From: Phaeosaccion multiseriatum
Lineage: Eukaryota; Protista; Ochrophyta, other classes
DNA length: 64,000 nucleotides
Reading direction: 5' to 3'
NCBI GenBank assembly: GCA_965112735.1
Contig: OZ218960.1
Coordinates: forward strand, 3,286,001 to 3,350,000
Shown: in pieces, positions 47,884 to 61,000 of the stretch
Layout: every line of letters begins with the position of its first letter
Numbering within the stretch: position 1 is the first letter of the stretch
Program-made: the position numbers and the translations under genes
The notes under the pieces: generated by a model
What the model saw: only the letters and a program-made list of their open reading frames with translations
Database searches by the model: none
What the model was told of the DNA's origin: nothing

Positions 47884-49509
47884 AGAGGCCAGGTCGAGCA
47901 CTTGCCCGTGCCTCTGCTGTGGTGATTCGCCCCCCTCCTCTGCCACGTGGCGGCCGTAGGCAGGCCCAAGCCCAAGTGACCCTCTGCCCCTGCCCCTGTC
48001 CGCGCTCCCACGGACACCGTCAGTGTCGCCACTGAGCTCGAGCTGAGTGGGCGCGATGGAAAACATGTCATCCTCTTCCTCGTCTTCATCTTGGTGATGT
48101 TCGCCCCCGTCCGCCCCCCCCGCCCCCTCGGGTGGTCCGTCTCTCTCTGCCATGTCCTCCCCCTCCTTCTCCTGCTGCGGCGACGGCTGCGGGGGCCGTG
48201 ACGTGGCAAGCCTCACGAGCCTCCGGTGCACGAGGGGGCTGTCCTTCTCGGGGGTGCCCGAGGGAGGAAGCATGCTGACGCTCTGCAAAAGGTCTTCCTG
48301 GCTACTGCCCTCCTCCTCCTCCCCCTCCTCGAGCCCAAGCAAGGCGCCGGCCGCAATGCTCCGCCCGCCTTGCGGCTGTGTCCAGTACTCCGTTTCCTCC
48401 TGGCCGTGGCTGCTCGTCTGGCTGGGCAGCTGGCTGCTCTGGGAGGGGCTGGGGCTGGGGGGGCTCGGGCTGAGGCTGAGGCTGAGGCTACCCCCCGCCT
48501 GGTCCTGCTTGGGATCCTCCGTCGTCTCCTCCCCCTCCTCCCTTTCACTGTCGTCTTCGCTTTGCTCTCCTTCCCCCGGCGGAAGGCAGTCTAAGGTGAG
48601 CGGGTTGCCCTTCCCGAAGGGCTCTGCGATGCAGGTGCCCTGCGCGTCCCTGAGGAAGCACATGCCCTGCCCCCTCGCCAGAGAGCGCCCGAGCTGCGCG
48701 TGCGTGGTGCCGAGCAGCGCCGCCTTGACGGCCTCGTCTTCATTCAGATCCACGAGGAGGGGCCCTGTGGAGCGTGTACCCTGTGCACCCACCATCACTA
48801 CACTGCCCACCTGCTCAGTCGAGGAGTGGGCGGGGTGCGGAGGGGGGGGGGAGAGGACGCGAGGAGGGGTAAGGACACGGTTCGTCCCAAACAGGATGAA
48901 GAAAAAGACTGCCCCCCACCCTCCTTGAATCAACCAACCAACCAACCTGGATGCACAGCGGGCAGGAGATGAGCAGCCCCGCGTCCTGCAGCTTCTGCTT
49001 GGCGGGGTCTGCCCACGCGAAGGCGTCGCACAGGGCCACCACGGAGAAGTGCCAGTCAGTGAGCTTCAGCATCGAGTATCCCAGGTCCTGCAGAGAGCGG
49101 CCCGAGTGCGCCGCGAGGAACTGCAAGGGGGATGGGGGAGGGAGGAGGAGAGGTCTGAGAGTGTAAGACGCGGACCCACACGACTGGACCACCCACAGCA
49201 TGAGGATGTTTCCCCTCTCCTTCCCCTTCCTCTTGTATCGATGACTCTAAAGCCCCTCTGGCATACCTCTTGGCGAGCCTTGGGGGTCAGTATACATGCG
49301 ATGGAGTTGCGGTTGTCGCCGACCACCAGGATGCCCGCATCTGCATTGACCTTGCTGCACAGCACGATCTTGGGCTCGCTCTCGGTCATGCTGTAGGTGC
49401 CCAGCGCCACACTGCTGCCGCCAGGCTGTTGGTTCTGCGGTTGCTGCTGAGGTGCGATCAGGGCCAGCGCCTCCTTGGCCATCCAAGGTTTGTTTCCCGT
49501 CCACAGCAT
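45027..49509 (-). CDS. TPP1/ACD/Est3-like OB-fold protein with long disordered SQ/TQ-containing, acidic then Arg-rich tail; exons 49509-49267, 49120-48947, 48810-47230, 47038-45847, 45643-45027
   Basis: KPWM…GILVVGDNRNSIACILTPKARQEF…SMLKLTDWHF…LCIQVGSVVMVG…DLNEDEAVKAAL resembles the TPP1 OB pattern (RPWI…LLVSDGTHSVRCLVT…LLLLQD…LQVDRF…NQDLDVQKKL). All splice junctions stay in frame. Confidence 0.62.
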
Positions 49510-49983
49510 GGTGGCGGCGCCCTTGGTAGGGGGAGGGGAAAGGGATATTCAACCAACGGCCGTGTGATTCAAACCCAAAGACATACGATTCCGCCAGCTA
49601 AAGAGTACACGCAGCAGGAGGAGGAACACCAGCCCCAGCAGAGTTGCACACACTCGTGGTGTGCCTTGTCTTGTGCTCGCAGGCAAGCGTGGGAAAAGGG
49701 TGGAAATGGAATCGAAATGGGGAAATGTGGACATAGAGGTAGGCTTTAACAACCCATCTCCGGATACATGGATGCATCACCAAGGTGCATTTTGACAGTT
49801 GGATTGTGTGTCCAATATACAATACAAGTAGACGAGATTAGAGGAAGACATGTGTTCATCAACTGCTTTGTCCATACCTTCATGCAGTGAGTGCGTGCAG
49901 CGCCCTCAGGGGTAGCGGTATCCAAATTTAAAATATCCTTACAAGTCGCCTGTCGACTCTGCAGAGTAATACGATAGAAAAAG

Positions 49984-51387
49984 ATGGACAATCCCGGCCA
50001 TGGCGAAGAAGCTGACGCATCAGAAAACGCCGCGCAAGCCGGCAAGCTCTTGGTGCGTGCCTGCTTGGAGGGGGAACGCGGGCCATGAGGAGTGACGGAC
50101 AAGCCCTAACCCCCTTGTCCTCTATCCCCCACCCCGTTTAACGATTGAGTCCTCTCCTCCTGATCACCGTGCCTCTTTGATTGTGCTCCTCCTCTCTGTG
50201 CCCCCCTTCCAGCTGCAAAAGTTCAGGAGGCGGAAGGGCCGAGCCAGAGGAGCAGCAGCCCTATCGTCATCAGTGGTATACAGCCCTGCCGGCCCCTCTG
50301 GCAGTGTTGTCACCGACCCGCACACCCCTGGCGCCTTAGAGGAGAGAGATCTCGGTCTGCACGCCTCAAGCATGATGGGCATGATGGGCAGCACCCCTCC
50401 CCGCGGGGACGGTGCGCCTTCTGTGGACAGCGAAAGCAGCTCCACGGGCGACGAGGAAGGGGGAGCAGGGGGCGACGGGGAAAACAGTGAGGAAGGGGTT
50501 GACCCCCCCCCCCCGCAGACCACCCCCATGCGGGACTTGAACACGAGCATGAACCTGTCGGCTCTCTCCGGTCTGTCTCAGGGCATGTCGCCCGCCCCCT
50601 CCTCGAACACCTTCTCTCCGGCGGCCAACGTGGCTCCCCGCTTCCCGGCCTCGGCGCGAACCACGCACCGCATCACGGCGCTAAATCTATTGCACCAGCA
50701 GCAGGGAGAGGCGCAGGAGCACGAGGCGGAGGTGAGTGAGCTGAGGGGTCAGGGGAGAGGAGAAGAGTAAGGTGGTAGGTCGTGCTGTACTGACGCCGTC
50801 CCTTCAAATAGCTCACTCGGGGGCACCGACTGAGCGTAACCTCTCTTCCTCCTCTCCTGCTGCTACATCTCCACCAATACCAATACGAATACCCCGCCGT
50901 CTCTTCCTCCCCATCCACTCACAGTTGGCAGAGCTCCTGGCGAAGTGGGAGGGGGAGAGGGCGGCCAACGAGGCGTTCCGAGAGGACGCGTGTCAGCTGC
51001 AGAGGCTCCGGGACGAGATGGGTGGGCTGGCGGGCAAGATGCAGCGGGTGCAGAGCGAGCTCAAGAGGGTGCAGACCGAGCTCAGGGAGGCCCGGACGGA
51101 GCGGGAGGCCCTCGGAGAGGAGAAGCGGCGGCTGGAGGAGATGCTCGGTCTGAGCAAGGAGGAACAGGTCAGTCAGTCAGTCAGTCAGTCAGTCAGTCAG
51201 TCATACGGGCTGTGGGTAAGATATGGGCAGGCCAGGCGTATGGGTAGGCAGGCAGACAAAGGGAGGGGAGTGGAGGGATGTGTTGGTCGGGAGAGAGACA
51301 CTCCCTCGCTTTTCCGCCCCGCTGTGCTGTACGCGCCCTTACCTGCGCAGCACCTGTCTTCATCGTGTCCCGTCTCCTCGCTACAAT

Positions 51388-51423
<36 letters not shown>

Positions 51424-54400
51424 CCTCTCCGTCCGTGTGTGTCCAAGCCGTCTCCCGGCTCCTCCACTCCCCCCTCCTTTGCCTGACACTCCCCCCCCCC
51501 CCCCTCCTCCGTCCCCCGCTCCACGTGTACACCGCGCCCGTGCGTGCGCCCCACTCACAGGAAGGCCTCCTGCGGCGACTCGAGCAGCAGAGTGGAGACT
51601 TGTCTGCCACACAGGCCAGGGCCGCCGCCGCAGAGGACGAGACCTCTCGCCTGAATCACCAACTGGCGCAGCTCCAGCACGCCCTCTCAGACTCGGAGGC
51701 CCTGACCTCCCGCCTCACGGACGAGCTGCAGGCCCTCAGAGAGAGGCTCGCTGCGCTTCAGCTCACGTGCGAGGGGCAGGAAGAGGCACACGAGAGGTGC
51801 CGCAGAGAGCTGGAGGGCGACAAGAGAAGGGCGGAAGAGGAGGTGGGACTGGGGGTGGCTCAGGTGGGGCGGGGTTTTGGGGCATCATCCCCGAGACAGG
51901 GAGTGTGATCCGCTGCTTCAGGGCCTTCCCTTTCCAAGCCACAAACGACGCTCAAGAGCTTCTCTGGATGGCGACGCGCTGACGTCTGTTGAATTGCTTC
52001 GCCTCCTCCCTCCCTCCCTGCCTGCCGATATGCCTGTGGTCCATTTACCCTCTGGTGGCAGGCCTCCTCTCTCTCCTTGGAGCTGGGCGTGCTCCGCAAG
52101 GACGGAGGGTCGGTCACTGCGCAGATGCGCGGGATGCGCGACGCACTCGCCGCCGCCGGACAGGATAAGCTCCGGCTGGAGCAGGAGGTGAGTGAGCGAG
52201 TGGATGGCTGGGTGGGCAGGAAAGGGCTCACACAAGGTCTGTGTGCACGTTGAGATGGAGAGAGCGTGCGTATGCACGACACTCACGCACGCCCCCACAC
52301 CCCCTGCCCTGCCTGTTGGTGATTCGTGTCGCCTCTCTCTCGCCTGTTGGTGTGTCGCGTGTCGGCTGCCATCCCATCCACTTACAGATGGCGGCTCTGA
52401 CGGAGGAACTCGGGCACGTGTCGGAGCAGGCTTCGGACTTCGGCACGCGCTCTGAGGAGCTGCAGCAGTTGGTAATGCAGCGGACGAGGGAGAGCGAGGA
52501 GCTCAAGCAGGCGCTGGAGGAGGCACGCGCAAAGTGGCAGGACGAGCAGCGGAGGGCCGAGGGGCTGTCCGAGGAGCTGGCAGAGAGCAGAGAGCAGGGA
52601 CAGGCCGCCAGCCAGGCCAGCGCGGAAGAGGAGCAAAGGCACAGCGACACGCGGCAGACGTGTGCAGAGCAGGTGATGCAGGGAGGGAGTGAGGGAGGGA
52701 GGGAGGGAGTGTGTGAGGGAGGGAGGGAGGGATGAAGGATTGTGTGTCGTGCATGCTTCCGTGTCTGCTTACCGGTTTTCGAGAGTTGAACCTGCAGACG
52801 AGCCGCCTGGCCTCCTCGCGGAGAGGTCGAATCATTTTCGAAAGCTTACCCGTATACCTCCGACCATGCCCCACGCTCACGCACACGCTGCGCAGAGCCG
52901 AGAGATTGGCCTGCTCCGCGACGAGCTGCGCACGTATCAGGAGCAATCGGACGCCCACAGGGCCAAGGCGGAGGCCTACAGAGCGCAGCTGGAGGCCTCC
53001 CAGAGAGACGCAGGAGCCTCTCGATCCGAGCTGGAGGCCTCTCAAACCGAGATGGATGCCCTTCGATCTGGTCTGGAGGCCTCTCAAACCGAGATGGATG
53101 TCCTTCGATCTGATCTGGAGGCCTCTCGAATAGAACTTGACGACTCTCGAATGGAGCTGCTTGAGACGAAGGAGGAGCTCAAGGGGTCGCAGGAGGAGCT
53201 GAAGGCCTATCAAAATGCGCTGGAGGCCTCTCAGTTTGATCTTGAGGCCTCTCAGTCAGAGCTTGAGGCCTTGCAGAATGCGCGGGAGGCCTCTCAATCC
53301 GAGCTGCTGGAGACCAGAGAGGAGCTCAAGGGGTCGGAGGCAGAGCGGAAGAGGGCGCAGAGTGAGCTGGAGGCATCCCAGACCAAGCTAGAGGCCTCTC
53401 GATCTGAGTTGGAGGTATATCAGTCTGAACTGGAAGCGGCGTGCGGGGAGGCGGAGGTTTCTCGATCCGAGCTGGAGGCCGCTCAATCCGAGCTAGAGGC
53501 GGCTCGATCCAATCTGGAGGCCTCTCGGATGGCGCTGGAGGCCTCTCGATCTGAGCTTGAGGCGGCGTGCGGGGAGGCGGAGACGTCTAAGCTTGAGCTG
53601 GAGGCCTCTCGATCGGAGTTGGAGGCTTCTCAGACTGCGCTGGAGGCATTGGAGGCCTCCAACCATGAATCGGATGCGTCTCTGAAGGATCTGGAGGAGT
53701 CGAGGAGGAAAGCGGAGGCCTTGGAAGGGGAGCTTGGGGCGACAAAGATCAAGCTTGAAGAGGCAGAGAGGGCTCTGCAGTCGTCCCTGGAGGCGGGGGA
53801 GGCCTCTCGATGCGAGTTCGAGGCTTCTCAATCAGAGCTGCTTGAGACCAAGCAGGAGCTGGAGGAGTCGATGATCAACGCGGGGGCCTTGGAGGAGGAA
53901 CTTGGGGCGACGAAGATCAAGCTCGGAGAGACGGAGAGAGCTCTTCAATCGACCCAGGAGGCGGGGGAGGCCTCTCGATGCGAGTTGGAGGCCTCTCATG
54001 CCGAGCTGAAGGCCTCTCGAATGGAGATGCTTGAGACCAAGGAGAATCTGGAGGAGTCGATGATCAACGCGGCGGCCTTGGAGGAGGAACTGGGGGCGAC
54101 GAAGATCAAGCTCGGAGAGACGGAGAGAGCTCTTCAATCGACCCAGGAGGCGGGGGAGGCCTCTCGATGCGAGTTGGAGGCCTCTCATGCCGAGCTGAAG
54201 GCCTCTCGAATGGAGCTGCTTGAGACCAAGGAGAATCTGGAGGAGTCGATGATCAACGCGGCGGCCTTGGAGGAGGAACTGGGGGCGACGAAGATCAAGC
54301 TCGGAGAGACGGAGAGAGCTCTTCAATCGACCCAGGAGGCGGGGGAGGCCTCTCGATGCGAGTTGGAGGCCTCTCATGCCGAGCTGAAGGCCTCTCGAAT

Positions 54401-57400
54401 GGAGATGCTTGAGACCAAAGAGAAGCTGGAGGAATCGAGGATCAGCGCGGGGGCCTTGGAGGAGGAACTGGGGGCGACGAAGATCAAGCTCGGAGAGGCG
54501 GAGAGAGCTCTGCAATCGACCCAGGAGGCGGGGGAGGCCTCTCATGCCGGGCTGAAGGCTTCTCAATCAGAGCTGCTTGAGACCAAGGAGAAGCTGGAGG
54601 AGTCGATGATCAACGCGGCGGCCTTGGAGGAGGAACTGGGGGCGACGAAGATCAAGCTCGGAGAGACGGAGAGAGCTCTGCAATCGACCCAGGAGGCGGG
54701 GGAGGCCTCTCATGCCGAGCTGAAGGCTTCTCAATCAGATCTGCTTGAGACCAAGGAGAAGCTGGAGGAGTCGATGATCAACGCGGGGGCCTTGGAGGAG
54801 GAACTGGGGGCGACGAGGATCAAGCTCGGAGAGACGGAGAGAGCTCTGCAGTCGACCCAGAAGGCGGGGGAGGCCTCTCGATGCGAGTTGGAGGCCTCTC
54901 GAGTAGAGCTGGAGACTTCTCGAATGGAGCTGCTTGAGACCAAGCAGGAGCTGGAGGAGTCGAAGATCAGCGCGGGGGCCTTGGAGGAGGAGCTTGGGGC
55001 GACGAAGATCAAGCTCGGAGAGACGGAGAGAGCTCTGCAGTCGACCCAGGAGGCGGGGGAGGCCTCTCGATGCGAGTTGGAGGCTTATCGAGTAGAGCTG
55101 GAGACCTCTCGAATGGAGCTGCTTGAGACCAAGGAGAAGCTCGAGGGGCCAGAAGTACAGCTGGAGAGGGCGCAGAGCGAGCTAAAAGTATCCCAACAAG
55201 AGCTGGCTGCCTCCCAGTCTAGGCTGGAGGCGGCGCGGAGGGAGGCGGAGGCACAAAAGGATGAATGCGCTTTGTTGAGCAGTGCCTTTGAAGCCAAAGA
55301 GGCCGAGCTAGAGGCTGCTGAAGAGGGCCGAAGAGCGGAAGGGGGGCAGCTGGAAGCACTAAGGCGTGAGGTAGAGGGGCTGAGGACTGAGGCTCAGGAA
55401 CTGAGGAGTGAGGCGGAGGCATCCAAGAGCGAAGCGGTGCTGACCCTGAAGACCTCGCAGGCCGGCCAGCAGAGAGAGCAGAGGGAGGCTTCCGGCCTGA
55501 AGGAGCAGCTCACAGGCCTGAGGGAGGAGTTGGAACGCACGGAGCACGTCGGCGCACAGGCGCGGCAGGAGGCGCAGCAAGCAAGAGGCGAGGTACGGGG
55601 AAGATGGGAGAGGGGGGGGGGGGGCCGGGCTGGGCCGACGGAAGCAGTAAGTCAGCGAATCAGTCTAACTCTTCATGGCCCATCGTACCTAACAACACAT
55701 TAACCGCTCATCTGTGAACTCGCACCGCCCCGCATCCCGTCGCTTGCATCCGTTGTGTCCGTTCACAGATGGCGCAGGCGGTTGCCGTTCGGGAGGGGCT
55801 GGAGGGGCGGGTTGCGACGCTCGAGTCTTGTCTTCAAGCCGCACAAGAGGAGAAGCAGCGCCTCGACGACGCCTTCAGCGAGCAGCTGCAGCAGGTCTGC
55901 AAGGAGCAGGTATGGGGCAGACGGCGGAGAGGGGTAAGGAGAGAAGGAAGGGAGGGACAGGGAGTGGGACCGCGGTGTCAGGGGTTTAGGGTCTCGAGCC
56001 TGGAGCCAGAGGTCATCCGCGTCAAGAAGAAGCTCTCTGGAGGGGAGGCAGCAACAGTCTGCTGGTGGAGAGGGAGGGGGACAGAGGCCCTCGGTAGGCT
56101 CCTTGCCGCTCAGCACAAAGAGAATGGTAAAGAAGCTACTTTGACCATTTGGCGAACCGATTTCTCCCCTGTCTTTCCCCCTACCCTCTCTCTCTCTCTC
56201 TCTCTCTTCCTCTCCCTGTCTGTCTCTCCCCCTCCCCCCCTCTCTCCCTGCCTCTCAGAGCGCTGCCCAAGCCGAAGCGGCGGAGAAGCTCGAGACCGTC
56301 CTCGCGGAGCACAGCAAGAGCGTTTCAGAATTGGCCGAGCACGCCGCCTCTGCGAGCAGGTGGGAGCGCCGCGTGCGGGAGCTGGAGGAGGAGAGGCAGG
56401 CGGAAGTTGGGGCCTTCAAGGAGGCCCAAGCAGAGGCGGTACGGCATGAGCAGCAGTTGGTACTACAGGCCGAGCAGCTGTTGCAGCTGGGTGCCGAGAG
56501 GGGGAAGTTGCTTGAGGAGAAGGAGAAGGATGGGTTGATGATACAGCGGCTGCAGCACAAGGTGGAGGGGGTGCAGGAGGACTGGGAGGAGCAGCAGCAC
56601 GACATCGGCCGCCTGGAGGAGAAGGAGAGGGAGCTGTTGGTCATACAGCGGCAGCAGAAGGAGGCCAGGGAGGGGTTGCAGGCTCTTCTCGACGAGGCTC
56701 GAGCTTCCCTGGAGAGCACACAGCAGGAGAAGCAGCAGCTGCAGGAAGAGGTGCAACAGTTGGTGCTCCAGCAGCAGGAGTTTGAGGACAAGGCGGGGAG
56801 AGGGATGGACATGTCCCAGCGGGAGAAGGAGGCGCAAGAGGGGAGCAGGCAGAACGTGCAGCTGCACGACGAGCTTCAGACGGCTCTTAAGGAGCTCCAA
56901 GCGCAGCACTTGGTGATCCAGCAGCAGGAGCAGCAGCAGGAGCAGCAGCAGAACGAGCTGGGGCGGGCCAGGGAAGACGCGGAGGAGGCGGAGGAGCGCA
57001 ACTCACGCCTGTACGGAGAGCTCGAGCGGACCTTGGCCGAGAGGGACGAAGGGACCACCGAAATTGCAGCGCTGAACGCCGAAATTGCGGCTCTAGAGGC
57101 CGAATTGGAGAGCAATGGAGGCTCTGACGACCGCATCGTCGATAGCTTGAGGGCCGAGGTGGGGCGACTAGCGGAGAACAAAGAGGAGCTGTTGGTGGTG
57201 CAGCGGCAGCAGGAGGAGCAGATGGAAGCGATCCGCACAGAGAAGGAGGCCCTGCAGGAGGGGCAGTTGGTGATACGGCAGCAGAAGGAGGCGCTGTGTG
57301 ACGAGCTGAAGGCGGCACTGCAGGAGAGGGACAGAGCAGGCCAAGAGGCGGAGGAGCAGAGGGAACAGGTGCTCGCCCTGGGGGCGCAGGTGGACGCCTT

Positions 57401-58005
57401 GGAGAGGCAGTTGGTGGTACAGCAGCAGCAGGAGGAGGAGGAGCGGCGGGAGGAGCGGCGGGAGGAGGGCAGGGACCCCACCGAGTGCCTGCAGCAAGAG
57501 GTGAGCCAGAGAGTGCCGAACGTATCATGTCACCAACAGGCTCAGGGGGGGCGAAACTGCGCAGCTCTCTCTCCGTCTCCGTGCTCTTCGCCCCCGTCTC
57601 TATCTCTCTCTTTCTCTCTCGCTCACTGCGTCCCACGAATGGGTATCCCCCCCCCCCCCACCCCCCCAAACAACAACAGCTGAAGGTTGCGCGGGAGGCC
57701 CTCGCTGCTGGAGAGGCAGGGAGGGCCGAGGAAAGACAGACACTCGCCGACAAGAGCGACGCCTGCAGGCAGATGGTGGGTTGGGGGGAGGAGGGGAGGG
57801 AAGGGAGGGAACGGAAGGGAGGGAGGCAGGCAGGCAGGGAGGTAGAAAGGGAAGGAGGCAGGGGGTGGGGGGACGAAAGACCGGCCCTTAGTGGAGAGAC
57901 TATGGACAGAAGTAGAGGGGCGAGCTGAGCAGAAATTGGCGGGGAATGGAGGGGGAGGGGATGGGATGTACAAGGACTCGTATCTTTGATCCTCACCCTA
58001 ACGTA

Positions 58006-58042
<37 letters not shown>

Positions 58043-61000
58043 CGTGCGTGCGCCCCTCAGGAGGAGAAGCTCCAAGCGCTTGGAGAGAGCTCTGAGCGAG
58101 AGGCGCGGCAAGCCACGGCCACCGCACTGGCACTGCACACTGCGCAGGAGCAGCTGAAGGAGGCCCTCTCCCAGCAGGTCAGCCAAAGCCCTCTCGCCAC
58201 AGCCCTCTGTCTCCTCTCCTCTTTTTCAAAGTCCTCTGCTCCTCCATATCTGTGCTTAGTCTCTCTCGTCGCTCGCCCCCCTCCCCCTCCCCCCCGCCGT
58301 CTCCTCCCCCGAGTGAGTCATCCATAACCTCGCCCCCCTCCCCTGCTGTCTCTACTCTGCCCTGCGCAGAGCCAAATGGCGTGTAGTCTGCAGCTGCTCG
58401 AAGCAAAGCTATCGGCAGCTCAGTCCGCCCTCTCTGAGGAGAAGGGCAAGGCGGAGGCCGCAAGGAAGGAGCAGGCAGAGGCGATGATGATGGCCGAGGC
58501 ACGGGCCCACTCCAAGCCCCGGCAGCAGGAGCAGGGCAAGGAGGAGAAGGAGGAGAATGAGGAGGGGGCGCTCCTCACGGGGCAACGGCAGATGCAGCAA
58601 CAGATGCAGCAACAGATAAAGCAACAAGTCACTACGCCCGCACATGGGGAGGCGTCGGAGATGAGGCGGAGAAGGGGGAGCAGGGGAAGCAGGGACAGCA
58701 GGGGCAACAGGAGGAGGAGGCGGAGGGCCCGTAGGGCCGAGCTGAGCGAAGGAGGGAGAGCGCAGGAGGAGGAGGAGGCTGGCGGAGGAGGGGAGAGAGG
58801 GGAGAAAGGGGAGGAGCTGTCTTTGTCACCGCTGTCCTCGTCGGGGGTGTCTTTGTCGTCCTCGTCCTCCTCCAACACGGAGGTGAACGTGCAACGTGTG
58901 ATGATGGCAATGGATGTGGATGTGGGGATGGCAGAGGAAGGGGACATGGAGCAGTCGGGCATCGGCATGGGTATCAGCCCCGTGCTCACTTCGTCGCACT
59001 TCCGGCCCCGACAAGGGGAGGAAGAGGAGGAGGAGGGGGAGGGGGAGGGGGCGGCGGCGGAGGAGCAGGAGGAGGGGGACATGACTGCGGAACAAGTGGA
59101 CGAGTGGCTCTCCAGGGAAGTGTCCATGCAGGCCGTGGAGCTGCGCCAGGTGCGTGGGCGATGATCAGGGATGGCAGTGGAAGGGGCGTGACTTAGCGTG
59201 TGGCTGTGTCTTCGCCGAAGTGCGTGTATTATTCGCGAGTGTCTAGTCCAAGGGGTATGACAGTGAAAGGCGGATGGTAGTGGAAGGGGGATGCCCGAAA
59301 GACGTGCATACACCCATTTACCTCACTCACGTATGCCTGGTTCCGTCCTGTGTGTGTGCGCGTGTCCAGAAGGTGTCCTCACAGGAGGAACAGCAGGAGG
59401 AGGAGCACCAGGGGCAGGGATGGAAGAGAGGGGCGACAGAGCTGAGCCTTAGTTTGCTGAGCGACGGAGGAGGCTTTGTCAACACAGGAGGAGATGGAGC
59501 ACAACAGACGGAGACAGAGAGTGGCCAGATGGCACTAGACACGGTGCGCGGCAGTGGTGCGACAGTGCAGCAGGGGGTGGGTGAGGGAGCCGTCGCACCT
59601 GCTGTACCACCAACTCCTGCCCCTGCTGTATCACCAACTGTCGGGGCGGCACTCGTGTCGGAGCTGACCAAAATGTACGAGAAGAAGGACGCGGAGTGCC
59701 GCCAGCTCCTGTCCGAACTCGAGGCGCTGCGGCACAAGCAGGCGGGGGCCGAGAGAGGCGCGGAGGAGGCGGAGGAGAGGGCGGCAAGGGCGCAGGGCAG
59801 GGCACGGCGGCTGCAGGCAGAACTGCAAGAGCTACAGGCGGAGCTCGACGAGCAGAGCAGGGAGGTGCGCAGGTTGGCGGGAAGGGCCGCGGAGCTTCAG
59901 GCGCGCATTGAGGCGAGGGCCAGCAGCAGCGGGGTGGAGGGCCTCAGGCAAGCGGAGTGGGAGCTTGCCCACTCTCAGGCCAACACCCAACAGGCAGAGG
60001 CTGAGAGAGACCACCTCGAGATACAGGTCAGGGCAGGCTGGCAGGGGCAGCAATTTGGGGTTGGTGGTACTTATTCGAGGAAGGGGAGCTGAGTAGGCAG
60101 GTCACTGGCTGAGTAGGCAGGTCACTGGCTGAGTAGGCAGGTCACTGGCTGAGAGGCAGGTCACTGGGTCGTTGGGGAATACGTGTGGCATGCCGTGCCA
60201 GCTTGTCTTGCCGTCGTTGAGACAGCGTCCCTTTCCCTGCTGGTACATTGCTGCTGTCCGGATAGAGAGTAAAATAGGATAGAAGCAAGCAATCTCCGGC
60301 GGAGTGATTGATTCCACTCATTTCGTGTCTATAGAGGGAGGGAGACATGTCTTTGGTACATCGGCGCATGTGCTGACATCTGTGAGGGTCGCTCTTGCTG
60401 CCCGTATGCCCAACTTCCCTGCCTCAGATGCAGCGCGCTCGGGTGCAGTACTCGGCGCACTGCGAAGCGCTGTCCGAGCTCGAAGACGCCCTCCGAGAGC
60501 TTCAGGAGGCGGAGAGGGGGGAGAGGGAGTCCAAGGAGGGACTGCAGGTGAGGTGCAGTCAGGTAGTGGGCAGGCTAGGCAGGCAAGCAGGCCGCACCTG
60601 CAGGAAGGCGGAGCGGAGGAGGGAAGGGAGAGAGAAGGAGGCCAGCGGGACAAGAGAAGAGAAGAGATGCGTTGGCGCAGCGCAAAGTGCATCCTCCTGA
60701 AGCGACGGTGAATGAGTCGGTCTTTGTGCGTGCGTATGTGTATGTCTTTGTGTGCGTGTGTATGTGACTCCCAGGCACTTCTGGAGGAGCAGGTGCGCAG
60801 AGAGGCCTCGACTCTGTCGGAGATGGAGACGCTCGCCGCCCGAGCCGCGCAGGAGCTGCGCGGGGCGGAGGCGGACAACGCCTGGCAAAGGGGACATGTT
60901 CAGCGCCTTGAGGGGGCCGTGGAGGACCATCGCTCGCTGCAGAGGCAAATGCAACACGCCATGAGGGAGCGAGAGGTGAGTGCGAGGAGGATGAGAGGAA

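Noticed and set aside
6227-49509. Functional cluster of genome-maintenance genes (Nth-like, p23, TOP3A, TPP1-like) or of centriole genes
   Set aside because: Interspersed with unrelated housekeeping genes. Without synteny or co-expression data, chance is sufficient.
2431-57999. Scattered TTAGGG/CCCTAA hexamers as interstitial telomeres
   Set aside because: Only one or two copies per site. Several coincide with likely CTAAC branch points (e.g. ~26272), and none forms an array.
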